Below, in pieces: positions 39,944-49,356 of a DNA stretch of 64,000 nucleotides. Source of the stretch: a virus; IMG/VR virus record IMGVR_UViG_3300031539_000008, positions 1 through 64,000 of that record; one strand, 5' to 3'. Below the pieces are notes generated by a model. It had not been told where the DNA came from, searched no databases, and worked only from the letters and a program-made list of their open reading frames with translations. The stretch's first letter is position 1. The number at the start of each line of letters is the position of its first letter. Made by a program: the position numbers and the translations under genes.

Positions 39944-42379
39944 CTACGCCCTCATCATCCGCGATAGCCGCCGCCGCTCACCGGCGCGTCGATCATCGCG
40001 ACGGGCACTCTTGCTGCTCCGGCGTTTGCGCGACACGAACCCACCGCCGGTCGCCAGGGCCATGTTGACCCGAGCAAACAGCCTGGTCCCCCAGGCGGAG
40101 GGGTTCTTGAGCCACCCCTCTCGTCGCGCGATAGCCTCTCGCTCCGCCTCGCCCGCCAGCTCGATGCCGCCGAATCCCATGACCGGCGGGGGCTCCGTCG
40201 GCGAGCGCGGCGACTCCTGCCACCGCGGCTTTCCCTCCCACCGCGTCGCGATGGCTTTGATTTGGGCCGCAGAGATGGGGACCCCGATGGCGTCAGCCAC
40301 CATGTCGACCACCTTCTTGGTGATTTTCGTGGCGCCAGTTGCGTCCAGCGCATCCAGAAGCGTCCACTCGAAAGACCTGAGCGCGCTCTCGGCTATCCGA
40401 TCGCTCACTCCCTCCATGGAGGCCGCCTCGGAGAGCGTGTAGCCGCCCAGGACGGCTTCCACGATTCGGAAGTCACGATGCTCCCGTTTGGCTCGGGCGC
40501 GCTCAGAGAGCACGTCTCGCCCCTTGGGCTCAGGTGGGACTGGCGGCCTACGCGCCATAATCCGCATCATCTCCTGGAACTCGCCCTTGCCGAGAGGCGT
40601 GTGCTTCCTCGGCTTCTTCAGCTTGGGTCGCTTGGCGTACCCAAAGGCTGGAGGAGGAGGGGCGACCGGAGCAAAGGTAGATGGCGGAGCCATCGCAGGA
40701 AACTTTCCACGCGGAAGCAAGCGCCTCCCTGGCTTGACGAGTTTCTCCTTGGGCCCACGGATCGGCTCGGTGACCCCCATGAGCTTGAGGGTCTCAGCCA
40801 TCAGCTCCTCAGTGGGCTCCATGCCCTCCGCCGTGGCCAAGGTGCGCACCATCTTGCGGGTCCGCCGGTATTCCGCCAGCTCCGGATCCATTGGACCGCC
40901 CTTGCGCGCCTCGATCGCGTACCGAATCTCCTGGGGCATCCCGCGGCGCTTACGCGTGTACTTGCGCGTTCTCAGGATCCTGGGCGGCTCCGTCTCCCCG
41001 GCAGCGATGGCGGTGAAGACGGCGTCGCGTTCCTTGTCTGTGCCGAGGGCGGCAAACACTGCGTCATTGAAGCGGGCCTGAGCGAGAGCCGCAGCGCGCC
41101 CTTGCCGCTTGTCGATCCTTTGCTGGCGGAAACGTAGCTCGGACCAGAAATCGTGCACGTCGTGGGCCAGGAGGTCGGCCAGGAGCGCTGAGTCCATGGC
41201 CTGACGCGATGCCTCGGTCCCGAGCAGCTCCCACAGCGCAGTACGCAGGCGCTGCTCGGACCAACTGGTCATCTTCCCGGGTTCGCGCCCCTCCTTCCGC
41301 ATCTCCTCACGCAGCTCCATCACCTTCGCCATGAAGGCATCTGGATCACTGCGGAGTAGGTTTTTCAGGTGCTCGACCAGTTTCAGCTCGGCCGTGACTG
41401 CGGCATCCGAATGAGACTTGCTGCTCGCCCCCGCCGCGTCCTTCACTCGGGTGATCTCTTCGGCGAGCGCCGCCTCGGACACCGTGCGTGAGGTCCCCGT
41501 TGGCAGCGCCGCCTGCATGGTGGCCAGGGTCACGAAGTCGGCGATCTGCTCGGCCTCGATGGGCGCCTGGTCGGCAGCCACCTTCTCGCCGTACTTCATC
41601 ATCGCCTTGACACCGCCCTTGCGATAGTGACCGATGTACTCCTTGGGCTCCGCCCCACGCATCATTTGCATGGCGAATGAGGCTACGTCGTTCAGCTCCT
41701 TGACGAGGTTGCGCCCGTCCAGCACTGGTAGGCGCCTGGTCCTGGTGAGTTCTCGCTCTCCTCGTGTCAGCTCCTGATGCAGCCTCTTGACCCTCTGGTC
41801 GTAGGGAGCGTCCATCCCAGGCGTAAGCAGCATCTTGGTAGCGGCGATGGCCCAGGTGAACTCGGCAGAATCCTTTGCCGCCTCGACGACCACCTTCTTC
41901 ACCTCTTCGACGGTCTCTGGCTGTATCTCCTGCTGCTCGATACGCCTGGTGATCCGCTCCTCCATCGGCACCTTGAGCGGACCAGCGCGCTTGATGATCT
42001 TTGCGACGCCAACATGGGTGATCCCCACGATGCGCGCGATCTCGCGGTTGCTCATTCCTTCCGCGCTGAGCGCCAGGATCTTCTCTTGAGTCTCCCTGGG
42101 AGTCTCTCGTCCTTTCGTCGTTCCGCGTCCCTTTTTGGTCAGGAGTTTGCGAATCGTGTCCGGCTTGAGCCCGGTCGCCTTTGAGATTTCTCCGTGCTTC
42201 CGACCATCATCGTGCATCTTGAGGATCAGCGCGGTTGTCCTCTCGTCCGGGTTGGCCATGGCCATGCTGGCCACTGCCGTGCTCAGCCCTAGCAGTTCCC
42301 CACGCGTCGGCGACCGCGCGGCGGACCAGTAGGTGGTGCGCGCGACTCGGCACTTCGATGGTTTCTTGGCCTTTGCCAC
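39944..42379 (-). CDS. Large multi-HTH DNA-binding protein with C-terminal tag (LSRMMRA)
   Basis: Two N-terminal HTHs (HGEISKATG, SNREIARIVG), a third near TLSEAASMEGVS; NP motifs. Confidence 0.7.
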   Translation of the reverse strand: MAKAKKPSKCRVARTTYWSAARSPTRGELLGLSTAVASMAMANPDERTTALILKMHDDGRKHGEISKATGLKPDTIRKLLTKKGRGTTKGRETPRETQEKILALSAEGMSNREIARIVGITHVGVAKIIKRAGPLKVPMEERITRRIEQQEIQPETVEEVKKVVVEAAKDSAEFTWAIAATKMLLTPGMDAPYDQRVKRLHQELTRGERELTRTRRLPVLDGRNLVKELNDVASFAMQMMRGAEPKEYIGHYRKGGVKAMMKYGEKVAADQAPIEAEQIADFVTLATMQAALPTGTSRTVSEAALAEEITRVKDAAGASSKSHSDAAVTAELKLVEHLKNLLRSDPDAFMAKVMELREEMRKEGREPGKMTSWSEQRLRTALWELLGTEASRQAMDSALLADLLAHDVHDFWSELRFRQQRIDKRQGRAAALAQARFNDAVFAALGTDKERDAVFTAIAAGETEPPRILRTRKYTRKRRGMPQEIRYAIEARKGGPMDPELAEYRRTRKMVRTLATAEGMEPTEELMAETLKLMGVTEPIRGPKEKLVKPGRRLLPRGKFPAMAPPSTFAPVAPPPPAFGYAKRPKLKKPRKHTPLGKGEFQEMMRIMARRPPVPPEPKGRDVLSERARAKREHRDFRIVEAVLGGYTLSEAASMEGVSDRIAESALRSFEWTLLDALDATGATKITKKVVDMVADAIGVPISAAQIKAIATRWEGKPRWQESPRSPTEPPPVMGFGGIELAGEAEREAIARREGWLKNPSAWGTRLFARVNMALATGGGFVSRKRRSSKSARRDDRRAGERRRLSRMMRA

Positions 42380-42404
42380 GGTTCAGTGTCGCATGCTCAG
42401 GCGG

Positions 42405-43946
42405 CTAGGTCCCCCGCATGGCCTTGCGGAGAATGTCCCTGGCCACGGGGTTCTTCTTGGCCTTCTTCTTGGCGGTTTTGACGCCCAGATACCCACCAGC
42501 GATGGCGCCGACAGGGCCGAGCAGGAGGGCACCGGCACCGCCGCCAATCGCCGCACGCTCTGCGCGCGATGGATTCTTCTTGGTCCGCTTCTTGGCCTTC
42601 TTCGCCGGCTTCTTCTTGGCTACGCCAGAGCGCCCCTTCGCCTTGCGCAGTGAGGCGCGGATCAGATCGACGGACTTCTTGCTCACTCCGCCGATGTCCC
42701 ATTTCTTGTTCTGTTTGAGGTAGCGCTCGATGTCCGCCTTGGTGAGCGTCTCCGCGGTCTTGCCCCATTCATCTGGCGCGTAGACGATCCCCTTGAAGTC
42801 GGACACGAAGGCCAAGGTTCCGTCTGGAAACTGGACCCACCACTCGACGGTCAGCTTCTCGCCCACATCCTCCGGGCCAAGGGCCAGCGTTGGCTTGCCA
42901 AACGTCTTGACCAAATCTCCGTAGCTGGCGGTGATTTTACCCTTTTGACTGGTCCCATCCAGCAGCTCAAAGTCCACTTCGGACTCGGCGAGGGTGCGGT
43001 GGGGTCCGATTGGCGCAGCGGCACGCACAGGCGCAGCTTCAGCGCCCTTCAGCGCGACATAGGCCGAGGATGCGCGCGACTTCACCGAGGCCGCACGCGA
43101 CTTCACGGTGTCCCAGAACGATGGGTTGTCCAACGCCTTGCGGAACTCGGGATTCGTCTTGACCTGGCAGGCCTCGCACCCGCAGATCTCTGGGACCAGC
43201 GTGAACTTGTCCGGGTTGGCCTGCGGACCGAAGCTGCCCTCGCCGCCGTAGTCCTTGACCAGAAACTTGCGCAGCATCGCGAGCGTGCGTCCGTGGCCGG
43301 CTCGCACCGACGGGACCCGCTCCAGGATCATCACGCTGCCCAAGCAGGATCGGTAGCCGTAGTGGTCCACACACTTGCGCAGGATCTTCTTCTGCGTGTC
43401 GCGCGGCTTGGAGAGAAATCCCTTGCCGCCGAGCTTGCCGGGTCGGGTGATAGCCTTGGCCATCCACTTCGCCTTGGGAGGCGTACCCTTGTTCAGTCGT
43501 GGGTTCGTCTTCATTTCCTTGTTGGCCCACTCAGTGGCCCGACGCACCGCATCGCTGATGGATTTGGCCTGGTGGGTCAGCTCGCGCTGCCTGGTACGGC
43601 CTTCGTCCTGGACGACGGAGTAGTAGTTGCCCGGAACGAACGGATCAAGGCCGACCGTGAGAAATAGAGCACCCTTGGTGAGTGCGGCGGTCTCGTTGAC
43701 GTGGTCGATGGCCTCCAGCATCCAGCCGTTGACGGGATTCTTCACGGCCCCTCGTCTCGCCTTGCTCCTGGCGCCCGGCGGGTAGTAGGTCACCGGACCG
43801 ACCCCCATCATGTGTCCGCCGATGCCTGACGTGGGCACCAGCTCCCCAAGCAAGTAGCTCTCGGGCACCGGGCCCGGCGGCATCCTCTTGATCTTGTGCC
43901 CCTTGGGCACCGATGACTTCCGTTTGGGAGGATTTTTCTTGGCCAT
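42405..43946 (-). CDS. NP-segmented basic protein with Gly zipper and C-terminal tag (ILRKAMRGT)
   Basis: Eight NP motifs; AAIGGGAGALLLGPVGAIAGG. Confidence 0.75.
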   Translation of the reverse strand: MAKKNPPKRKSSVPKGHKIKRMPPGPVPESYLLGELVPTSGIGGHMMGVGPVTYYPPGARSKARRGAVKNPVNGWMLEAIDHVNETAALTKGALFLTVGLDPFVPGNYYSVVQDEGRTRQRELTHQAKSISDAVRRATEWANKEMKTNPRLNKGTPPKAKWMAKAITRPGKLGGKGFLSKPRDTQKKILRKCVDHYGYRSCLGSVMILERVPSVRAGHGRTLAMLRKFLVKDYGGEGSFGPQANPDKFTLVPEICGCEACQVKTNPEFRKALDNPSFWDTVKSRAASVKSRASSAYVALKGAEAAPVRAAAPIGPHRTLAESEVDFELLDGTSQKGKITASYGDLVKTFGKPTLALGPEDVGEKLTVEWWVQFPDGTLAFVSDFKGIVYAPDEWGKTAETLTKADIERYLKQNKKWDIGGVSKKSVDLIRASLRKAKGRSGVAKKKPAKKAKKRTKKNPSRAERAAIGGGAGALLLGPVGAIAGGYLGVKTAKKKAKKNPVARDILRKAMRGT

Positions 43947-43949
43947 GAC

Positions 43950-44228
43950 TCAGCGTCTTCCGCGACCCTTGAGCGTGAGCCCGATGGCACCACGGCCCAC
44001 GATGGCGTTGTTTTCTTGTGGCCAGCGGCCGGCGATCGGACCGATAATTCCTGCGCGCTCTGGGTTGCCCATGCCACGCGGAAGGACCTGCGCGCTCATG
44101 TGGCGCCCATCGCCCTGGAGCGGTCCGTAGCTCTTGTTGGGCTTGTAGGTGGAAACCAGGACGCTGCGTCCGTCCAGTCCGCCGATGCCAGCTCCCAGAT
44201 CTGTGTCGCTCATTGATGGGTTGTGCAT
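43950..44228 (-). CDS. Small NPSM-leader protein
   Basis: MHNPSMSDTDLGAGIGGL leader shared with 44881-45324. Confidence 0.6.
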   Translation of the reverse strand: MHNPSMSDTDLGAGIGGLDGRSVLVSTYKPNKSYGPLQGDGRHMSAQVLPRGMGNPERAGIIGPIAGRWPQENNAIVGRGAIGLTLKGRGRR

Positions 44229-44260
44229 GCCCTTGGTCTCTTTCTCTCGTGCAGACTGTC

Positions 44261-44512
44261 CTAGAATTTCGAGCAAAAGGGCGGCAGGTAGTCTCCGAGG
44301 TAGTGATTGCAACATTCGCAATTGAACTGGTTGCCCTGGTCGTCGACAGCGCACCGCTTGTAGTCTCCCTCTCCCGAACACGAGCGTGTGCTACCTGGGC
44401 TAGAGGTGATACGACCGCGACCACGCCGACGCGCGGGCTTCTGGTAGGCGGCACGGGTGGAGGCCGCAGATCCGCGTTTGCTTCTACTGGATGCCATGGA
44501 TGGGTTGTTCAT
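44261..44512 (-). CDS. Leader + Cys-rich core peptide (6 Cys)
   Basis: First 32 aa identical to 44598-44846. Confidence 0.7.
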   Translation of the reverse strand: MNNPSMASSRSKRGSAASTRAAYQKPARRRGRGRITSSPGSTRSCSGEGDYKRCAVDDQGNQFNCECCNHYLGDYLPPFCSKF

Positions 44513-44874
44513 CTTCGTTTCCTTTCAGTCCCTGACTCGGTTGCTAAGTGAAAGCCGCGATGGAGGGCCATCACCTGGACGACCCTCTCCACCCACCTCA
44601 CATATTCACGCACCAAGGAGGCAGGTATCCGCCCAACACGCGAGTGCAACACTGACCCTTGCCAGAATGCCAGTAGTAATCACTCCCGTGACTCTTCTTG
44701 CAGTCTGCGTCCTTGCCCAGATTCGATCCTCCAGGGACGCCGAGTGTCGCTCGTCCGCGCCTGCGCGCGGGCTTCTGGTAGGCGGCACGGGTGGAGGCCG
44801 CAGATCCTCGTTTGCTTCTACTGGATGCCATGGATGGGTTGTTCATCTTCGTTTCCTTTCAGTTCCTGACTCGG
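44431..44874. repeat. About 110-bp direct repeat (44431-44540 / 44765-44874), 2 mismatches
   Basis: Covers RBS region and leader of two peptide genes, offset 334. Confidence 0.95.
44598..44846 (-). CDS. Leader + Cys-rich core peptide (4 Cys)
   Basis: Shared leader; ends CC...LGGYLPPWC. Confidence 0.7.
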   Translation of the reverse strand: MNNPSMASSRSKRGSAASTRAAYQKPARRRGRATLGVPGGSNLGKDADCKKSHGSDYYWHSGKGQCCTRVLGGYLPPWCVNM

Positions 44875-44880
44875 GTTTGG

Positions 44881-45324
44881 TTATCGGAACACGTTTTTCA
44901 CTTTACACATGCCCTTGCAGACCTTGAGCTTGTACTCAGCTCCGCCACCATGCTTGGAGATGCAGTCCGCCTCGCAGCGGTTGGATCCGCCGCCACGGGG
45001 AGACATGCCACCGCGAGCGCTGACGGCCTTCAGTGTCCCTCGCGTGCGACGACGCCCCATGCCCAACGTCTTGGGTGCCTGGGTCGAGACCGCGCCACGG
45101 TAGTAGTCGTCACCACGCTCTCCGTCGACCTGGAAGTGGTTGCCGAACACGCGGTTGGCGTAGGAATTGCCATCCGTATTCACCGTGGCTCGAAAGTGAC
45201 CTGGCTGAACCTGCTGGAGGTCCACCGAGAACTCGCTTCCGAACACGCGTTGGGCGTAGGAAGGTGCGCCCAGTCCGCCGATGCCAGCTCCCAGATCTGT
45301 GTCGCTCATTGATGGGTTGCGCAT
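44881..45324 (-). CDS. NPSM-leader protein with internal repeat and Cys-rich tail
   Basis: SYA.RVFG..F.VD twice; GMG; 4-Cys tail. Confidence 0.65.
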   Translation of the reverse strand: MRNPSMSDTDLGAGIGGLGAPSYAQRVFGSEFSVDLQQVQPGHFRATVNTDGNSYANRVFGNHFQVDGERGDDYYRGAVSTQAPKTLGMGRRRTRGTLKAVSARGGMSPRGGGSNRCEADCISKHGGGAEYKLKVCKGMCKVKNVFR

Positions 45325-45342
45325 GTCCTTGCTCTCCTTCTC

Positions 45343-45636
45343 TCAGCGATTCGTATGGTACGCGAGCCTACAGACTCCCTGGCAGCAGACCCACAGGCCC
45401 TTGTGGTCAACCCTTGCCTTACAGCCGCGCGGGATCCTGGGTCGACTCGCTCGCTTGGTCGCTCCCACGCCACGGCGACATCCAGAGGACACCGGGGTTC
45501 CGACGGGTAGCATGGTCTGCGCGGCGCATCCACCGATGCCGGGAAACCACAGCCCCATCATCGCTGGCTGTATGGCCGCTAGGTTCTCCAGCGCCATGGT
45601 CTCGCTGTCAGCTTCGGCTCTGCACGGGTTGAACAT
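45343..45636 (-). CDS. Small GVG-motif Cys-rich protein
   Basis: MFNPC...RRGVGA...WVCCQGVC. Confidence 0.55.
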   Translation of the reverse strand: MFNPCRAEADSETMALENLAAIQPAMMGLWFPGIGGCAAQTMLPVGTPVSSGCRRGVGATKRASRPRIPRGCKARVDHKGLWVCCQGVCRLAYHTNR

Positions 45637-46067
45637 CAGACGATCCGCACGATGGTTGCGCCGCGCACGGTCGGCACCTCGGTCGGGACAACTTGATTCT
45701 GGTCGGAGATGTCGACCTGGACCGCGCCAGGCGCAGCGGCCTCCAGGATGAAGCGATGGATGTACGGCGCGCCCGGCATGGCCTCCTCGGGCTCCTCGAC
45801 CTCCTCGGTGACGATCAGCGTGGGGTCACCCTCGACGGCTTCCGTGAAGATCGTCCACTCGTAGGCCGTGCCGCTGGCATGAGGCAGCTCGATGGTCAGC
45901 ACGTCTCCGAGGTTCAGCTCAACCTCGGTGGGCAGCTCGGACAGCTCGGTGATGAGTACCTGCTCCGGAGGCTGCCCGCCGTTTCCGTCCTTGACTTTGT
46001 CGCCCTTGCTCTTGGCGAGCAGAATGACGGCTCCGACGATGAGAACTGGTACAAGTGGAAATGGCAT
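45636..46067 (-). CDS. Membrane-anchored chagasin/I42-like Ig-fold protein
   Basis: N-terminal anchor; IELPHASGTAYEW and PGAP..HRF.L.A..PG match the chagasin loop pattern. Confidence 0.55.
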   Translation of the reverse strand: MPFPLVPVLIVGAVILLAKSKGDKVKDGNGGQPPEQVLITELSELPTEVELNLGDVLTIELPHASGTAYEWTIFTEAVEGDPTLIVTEEVEEPEEAMPGAPYIHRFILEAAAPGAVQVDISDQNQVVPTEVPTVRGATIVRIV

Positions 46068-46083
46068 CTGTGTCCTCGGTCTT

Positions 46084-46458
46084 TCACCCGCAGATCGGGT
46101 ACCAGCTCGTGCCGCTTTGATGAGCGACGAGCGCGTAGTTTGCTTTGACTTCCAGGACCGTCCCTGGGTAGCTCAGTCCGCCGCAGAAGATCGTTCCGTT
46201 GGTGATGTCGACGCAGCAGCTCGCGTAGGAGCCGTAGTGTCGGGGGTAGTAGCCGGCCCACCACGCCCACCAGTTGCCCCACCATCCGCTGCCCCCGCTG
46301 CCCCCGCTGCCACCTCGGCCGCGCCAAGGGTGGCCTGGGCGCCAACCTCCGCCGCCGCCGCCACCACCTCGACCTCGGCGGGCACGTCCTGCACGTCCTC
46401 CGCCGCGCTGTCCTACGCCGCGACGACTTCGATGAATGGTGAGTTTGACTTCTCCCAC
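46084..46458 (-). CDS. Gly/Arg/Trp-rich small protein with GVG motif
   Basis: RRGVGQ; RGG-rich; WWGNWWAWW. Confidence 0.55.
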   Translation of the reverse strand: MGEVKLTIHRSRRGVGQRGGGRAGRARRGRGGGGGGGGWRPGHPWRGRGGSGGSGGSGWWGNWWAWWAGYYPRHYGSYASCCVDITNGTIFCGGLSYPGTVLEVKANYALVAHQSGTSWYPICG

Positions 46459-46463
46459 GTGAG

Positions 46464-46787
46464 CTACCTGTCGTAGATCGAGCGAAATTGGTCTCTGACC
46501 AACTGATTGACGAGCTGCTTCTTGGTCACGCGACCGTACCGCTTGAGCACAGGCTTTTTTTTTGCCTTCTTGCGGCGGCGCTTGGGGTTGTGTGACTCGA
46601 TGGTGGCCAGCTTCTTGTAGTAGGCCTTGTCTTCGGTCAGGTGATCCATGGCGATCTCGACGGCCACCATGAAGTCGCTGGTGTGCTCCGTCTCAACCAG
46701 CGCTCCGCGAGCGAGTTCCACGGCGTTGAAGTCAGAGGGGGACTTCCCCACTGACAGACCGCCGGGTATGCGCTCGCGCCACGTCAC
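46464..46787 (-). CDS. DUF5661-like protein with NP-basic tail
   Basis: G..VE.EHT......EIAMDHL.ED..YYKKL. Confidence 0.7.
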   Translation of the reverse strand: MTWRERIPGGLSVGKSPSDFNAVELARGALVETEHTSDFMVAVEIAMDHLTEDKAYYKKLATIESHNPKRRRKKAKKKPVLKRYGRVTKKQLVNQLVRDQFRSIYDR

Positions 46788-47467
46788 GGAATCCGTAGCT
46801 TTCGCTTCCTCTTCGGAGTCTTCTTCTTCGCCACCTTCTTCTTGGCCTTCTTCTTGGCCTTCTTCTTTTTTCCTCCGCGTGGAACCTGTGTCCACTCGCC
46901 GGATGCACGCATCTCCACGTCCGATGGAGCGTACCGCTCGGTCCACTCGCCAGAGGAGATCATTTCGCGTGACTTCTTGTGCGCCGCCTTGTAGCCGGCG
47001 TCTGGATTGCTGGCCGTGCCAGAGAGCAGGACCGACTCGGTATGCGGGTCGATCAGGCCCCACTGGATCTGACTCTTGGCGCCGGGGTTGGGCACCCAGA
47101 CATATGCCAGCTCGGACGGGTTCTTGGTGAACCGCGTGAGACTGCCAGGCGTGCCCATCACGATCCCCTTCCAGTAACCGAGCAACGCATGCGAGCGCTT
47201 GTCTCCCATGCCCTTGGGCCCACAGCTCATGCGTGGGCTGGCCGCGTATCCGCGAGCCATCGCGGCGTTGGCCCCGGCCGAGCACGAGGTCAGATCGTAC
47301 TTGCTGGCCCCCATTTTTCCCTTCGCGCTCCGGCTGCGAATCGGGACGTAGTAGGCACCGCGCGCCTCGCTCCAGCGGATGCGCGCCTGTCCTCCGGCGA
47401 CGCCGCGGCCCTCCTTGCGAACTGCGGCAAGCGCCTTGGCGAAACTGACTTTCTGCTTTTTGGCCAT
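46784..47467 (-). CDS. Basic NP-motif protein
   Basis: KKKAKKKAKKK tail; NP and GMG motifs. Confidence 0.65.
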   Translation of the reverse strand: MAKKQKVSFAKALAAVRKEGRGVAGGQARIRWSEARGAYYVPIRSRSAKGKMGASKYDLTSCSAGANAAMARGYAASPRMSCGPKGMGDKRSHALLGYWKGIVMGTPGSLTRFTKNPSELAYVWVPNPGAKSQIQWGLIDPHTESVLLSGTASNPDAGYKAAHKKSREMISSGEWTERYAPSDVEMRASGEWTQVPRGGKKKKAKKKAKKKVAKKKTPKRKRKLRIP

Positions 47468-47475
47468 GACTGATC

Positions 47476-48840
47476 CTAGATCTTGCTGAACTTGCGCAGA
47501 ATCGTCGCCTTCTCACGGGCACTCATCTGCTTGTTCGCCTTGGGTCCACTCGGCTTGACCGAGCGGGGGGTTTTGGCCGCGACAGCGCGAGCCTTGCGCG
47601 ACTTCTTGCTCTTGAACTGCGCAAACAGCCCCTCGTGTCCCCGAATAGGCTCCAGGGGGTTGAGCTGTAGGTAACCACGCGAGGAGAGCTGCATGCGGCG
47701 ACCCGAGGCCGTTGCGCCACGTCCCGCGCCGGAGCCTGGACCGTCGCCGGAGAACCGGCTCATGTTGCGACCGGCCACAGAGAGGCGATGAATCGCCTGC
47801 TCCACCGTCATCTGCGGAGGCACGCCGGCGAACCCTGGGCGCGGCACGTTGCTCGGCCACGGCGCGACGCGCGTGGGCGCTCGCTTGGCCACCTTGCGCT
47901 TCGTGGCCTTGCGCTTGGCGACCTTCCGCTTTCCGGTCGTCTTCCGCTTTCCGGTCGTCTTCCGCTTGGCCACCTTCTTCTTGGCGGTCTTGCGCTTGGC
48001 GACCTTCTTCTTCGTGGCCTTCTTCTTCGTGGCCTTCTTCTTGGCTGGCTTGCGCTTGGCTGTGCTCAGCTTCTTGGAGCACAACTCCAGCCGCATGGAG
48101 CAGCCTTTCAGGGAGTCCTTGAGAGCCTCCTCCTGCTTCTTGGTCAGGTCTCCCCGATGCTTGGCCTTTTTCAGGCGCGTCTCCAGGGACTTGATGTGTG
48201 CCTTGAGCGAGGCGATTTCCTTGCTGTCCTTGCGCTTGGCGGCGGCGATGCGCTTGGTCTCCTGGCGTGCCGCATCGAATCCCTCCATCAGGTCGGACAC
48301 CACGTCGGCTGAAACCATTTCTTCGGTCAACTTGGCCAGCGCAGCCTTGCCCTTGGTGATTTTGGCAATCTTGGCCTTGGACGGAATCGAACCCTGGGCC
48401 ATTCCCCATTGTTTCTTCGTCAGACCGTGCTTGCGTACCTTGCTTGGCGTACCAGACGGGCTGGCGGGGCCGGCGGCAATCCCGACAGCTTTCTTCTTCT
48501 TCGACCGCTTCTTCGTGGCCTTCTTCTTGGCCGGCTTGCTCTTGGTCGCTTTCTTCTTCGCAGTTTTCGCCACCTTTTTCTTGGCCACCTTTTTCTTGGC
48601 CTTTTTCTTGGCTGGCTTTTTCTTCGCCACCTTCTTCTTCTTGGTCGCCTTCTTCTTGGTCGCCTTCTTCTTGGTCGCCTTCTTCTTGGTCGCCTTCTTC
48701 TTGGTCGCCTTCTTCTTGGTCGCCTTCTTCTTCTTGGCGGCGTTGCGCTTTGGCGACTTGCGCTTCGCGGCACGCTTCTTCGCCTTCTTGGCGCGCTTCT
48801 TCTTTCGAGGATTGACGACGTTGACGGTGTAGGTGGCCAT
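47476..48840 (-). CDS. Histone H1-like Lys/Ala-rich DNA-condensing protein with C-terminal tag (ILRKFSKI)
   Basis: KKATK/KKVAK repeats, central coiled coil. Confidence 0.8.
   Translation of the reverse strand: MATYTVNVVNPRKKKRAKKAKKRAAKRKSPKRNAAKKKKATKKKATKKKATKKKATKKKATKKKATKKKKVAKKKPAKKKAKKKVAKKKVAKTAKKKATKSKPAKKKATKKRSKKKKAVGIAAGPASPSGTPSKVRKHGLTKKQWGMAQGSIPSKAKIAKITKGKAALAKLTEEMVSADVVSDLMEGFDAARQETKRIAAAKRKDSKEIASLKAHIKSLETRLKKAKHRGDLTKKQEEALKDSLKGCSMRLELCSKKLSTAKRKPAKKKATKKKATKKKVAKRKTAKKKVAKRKTTGKRKTTGKRKVAKRKATKRKVAKRAPTRVAPWPSNVPRPGFAGVPPQMTVEQAIHRLSVAGRNMSRFSGDGPGSGAGRGATASGRRMQLSSRGYLQLNPLEPIRGHEGLFAQFKSKKSRKARAVAAKTPRSVKPSGPKANKQMSAREKATILRKFSKI
48641..48730. repeat. 15-bp tandem repeat x6 (KKATK)
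   Basis: ttggtcgccttcttc repeated six times. Confidence 0.95.
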
Positions 48841-49007
48841 GGTGGTGTTCTCCTGAGTTTGGACGCCCTTCGCGGGCAGGCGAGGTGGGCGTCAGCGCCC
48901 TCGCGGAAGTTTCGTGATGCTGAGAGTACCTGCTAACAGGGAAAACGAAAAGAGAACCAACCCGACGTGCACGGCAGCGGTGGCAAGAGTGGGTTTCTTC
49001 GGTCCGT

Positions 49008-49181
49008 TCATCGCCCCTTGCCGAAGTAGAACGCGGTGCCGACGAGTGCAAGCATCGCGGCCCACAACGGGACCTTCCTGCCGTTCTCATCGTCGCCGGC
49101 ACCCACGCCACGGCGTCCGCGAGTACGGACGATACGACGAGGGAGACGCGGACGACGTGTCTTGTACTTGGGTCGTCTCAT
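49008..49181 (-). CDS. Small basic-GVG-TM protein
   Basis: RRGVGAGD...VPLWAAML TM; paralog of 49178-49345. Confidence 0.6.
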   Translation of the reverse strand: MRRPKYKTRRPRLPRRIVRTRGRRGVGAGDDENGRKVPLWAAMLALVGTAFYFGKGR

Positions 49182-49345
49182 TTTACCGCCTTGATGATGC
49201 CGTAGGATGCGAGTCCTCCGAGGATCAGTGCGGCCCACACGGGTACGCACAGATCGGTGGTGTCACCGTTGGCCCCCATGCCGCGACGACCGCGAGACCT
49301 CGCCTTCTTCTTGCGCTTGTTGGTACGTGGACTGAACTTCGCCAT
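49178..49345 (-). CDS. Small basic-GMG-TM protein
   Basis: RRGMGANGD...VPVWAALI TM. Confidence 0.6.
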   Translation of the reverse strand: MAKFSPRTNKRKKKARSRGRRGMGANGDTTDLCVPVWAALILGGLASYGIIKAVK

Positions 49346-49356
49346 CTTCTTCTCCT

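Larger units (their letters stand above)
44174..45324. repeat. About 55-bp direct repeat (44174-44228 / 45270-45324) encoding a shared leader
   Basis: ccagtccgccgatgccagctcccagatctgtgtcgctcattgatgggttg present twice, offset 1096. Confidence 0.9.

Noticed and set aside
44558-44597. Hairpin after the TGA stop of 44598-44846 as a third SECIS
   Set aside because: Loop is CAGGT rather than the shared GGTC hairpin, and readthrough meets another TGA within nine codons; more likely an RNA stability or termination stem
44174-45324. Direct repeats as a CRISPR array or DGR template/variable repeats
   Set aside because: Only two copies of each, in frame as gene leaders; no regular spacers, no cas or reverse transcriptase gene, and mismatches are not adenine-specific
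47513-49111. 532-aa EEGDQ-repeat ORF and antisense FFLVA-repeat ORFs
   Set aside because: Alternative-frame shadows of the KKATK repeat gene
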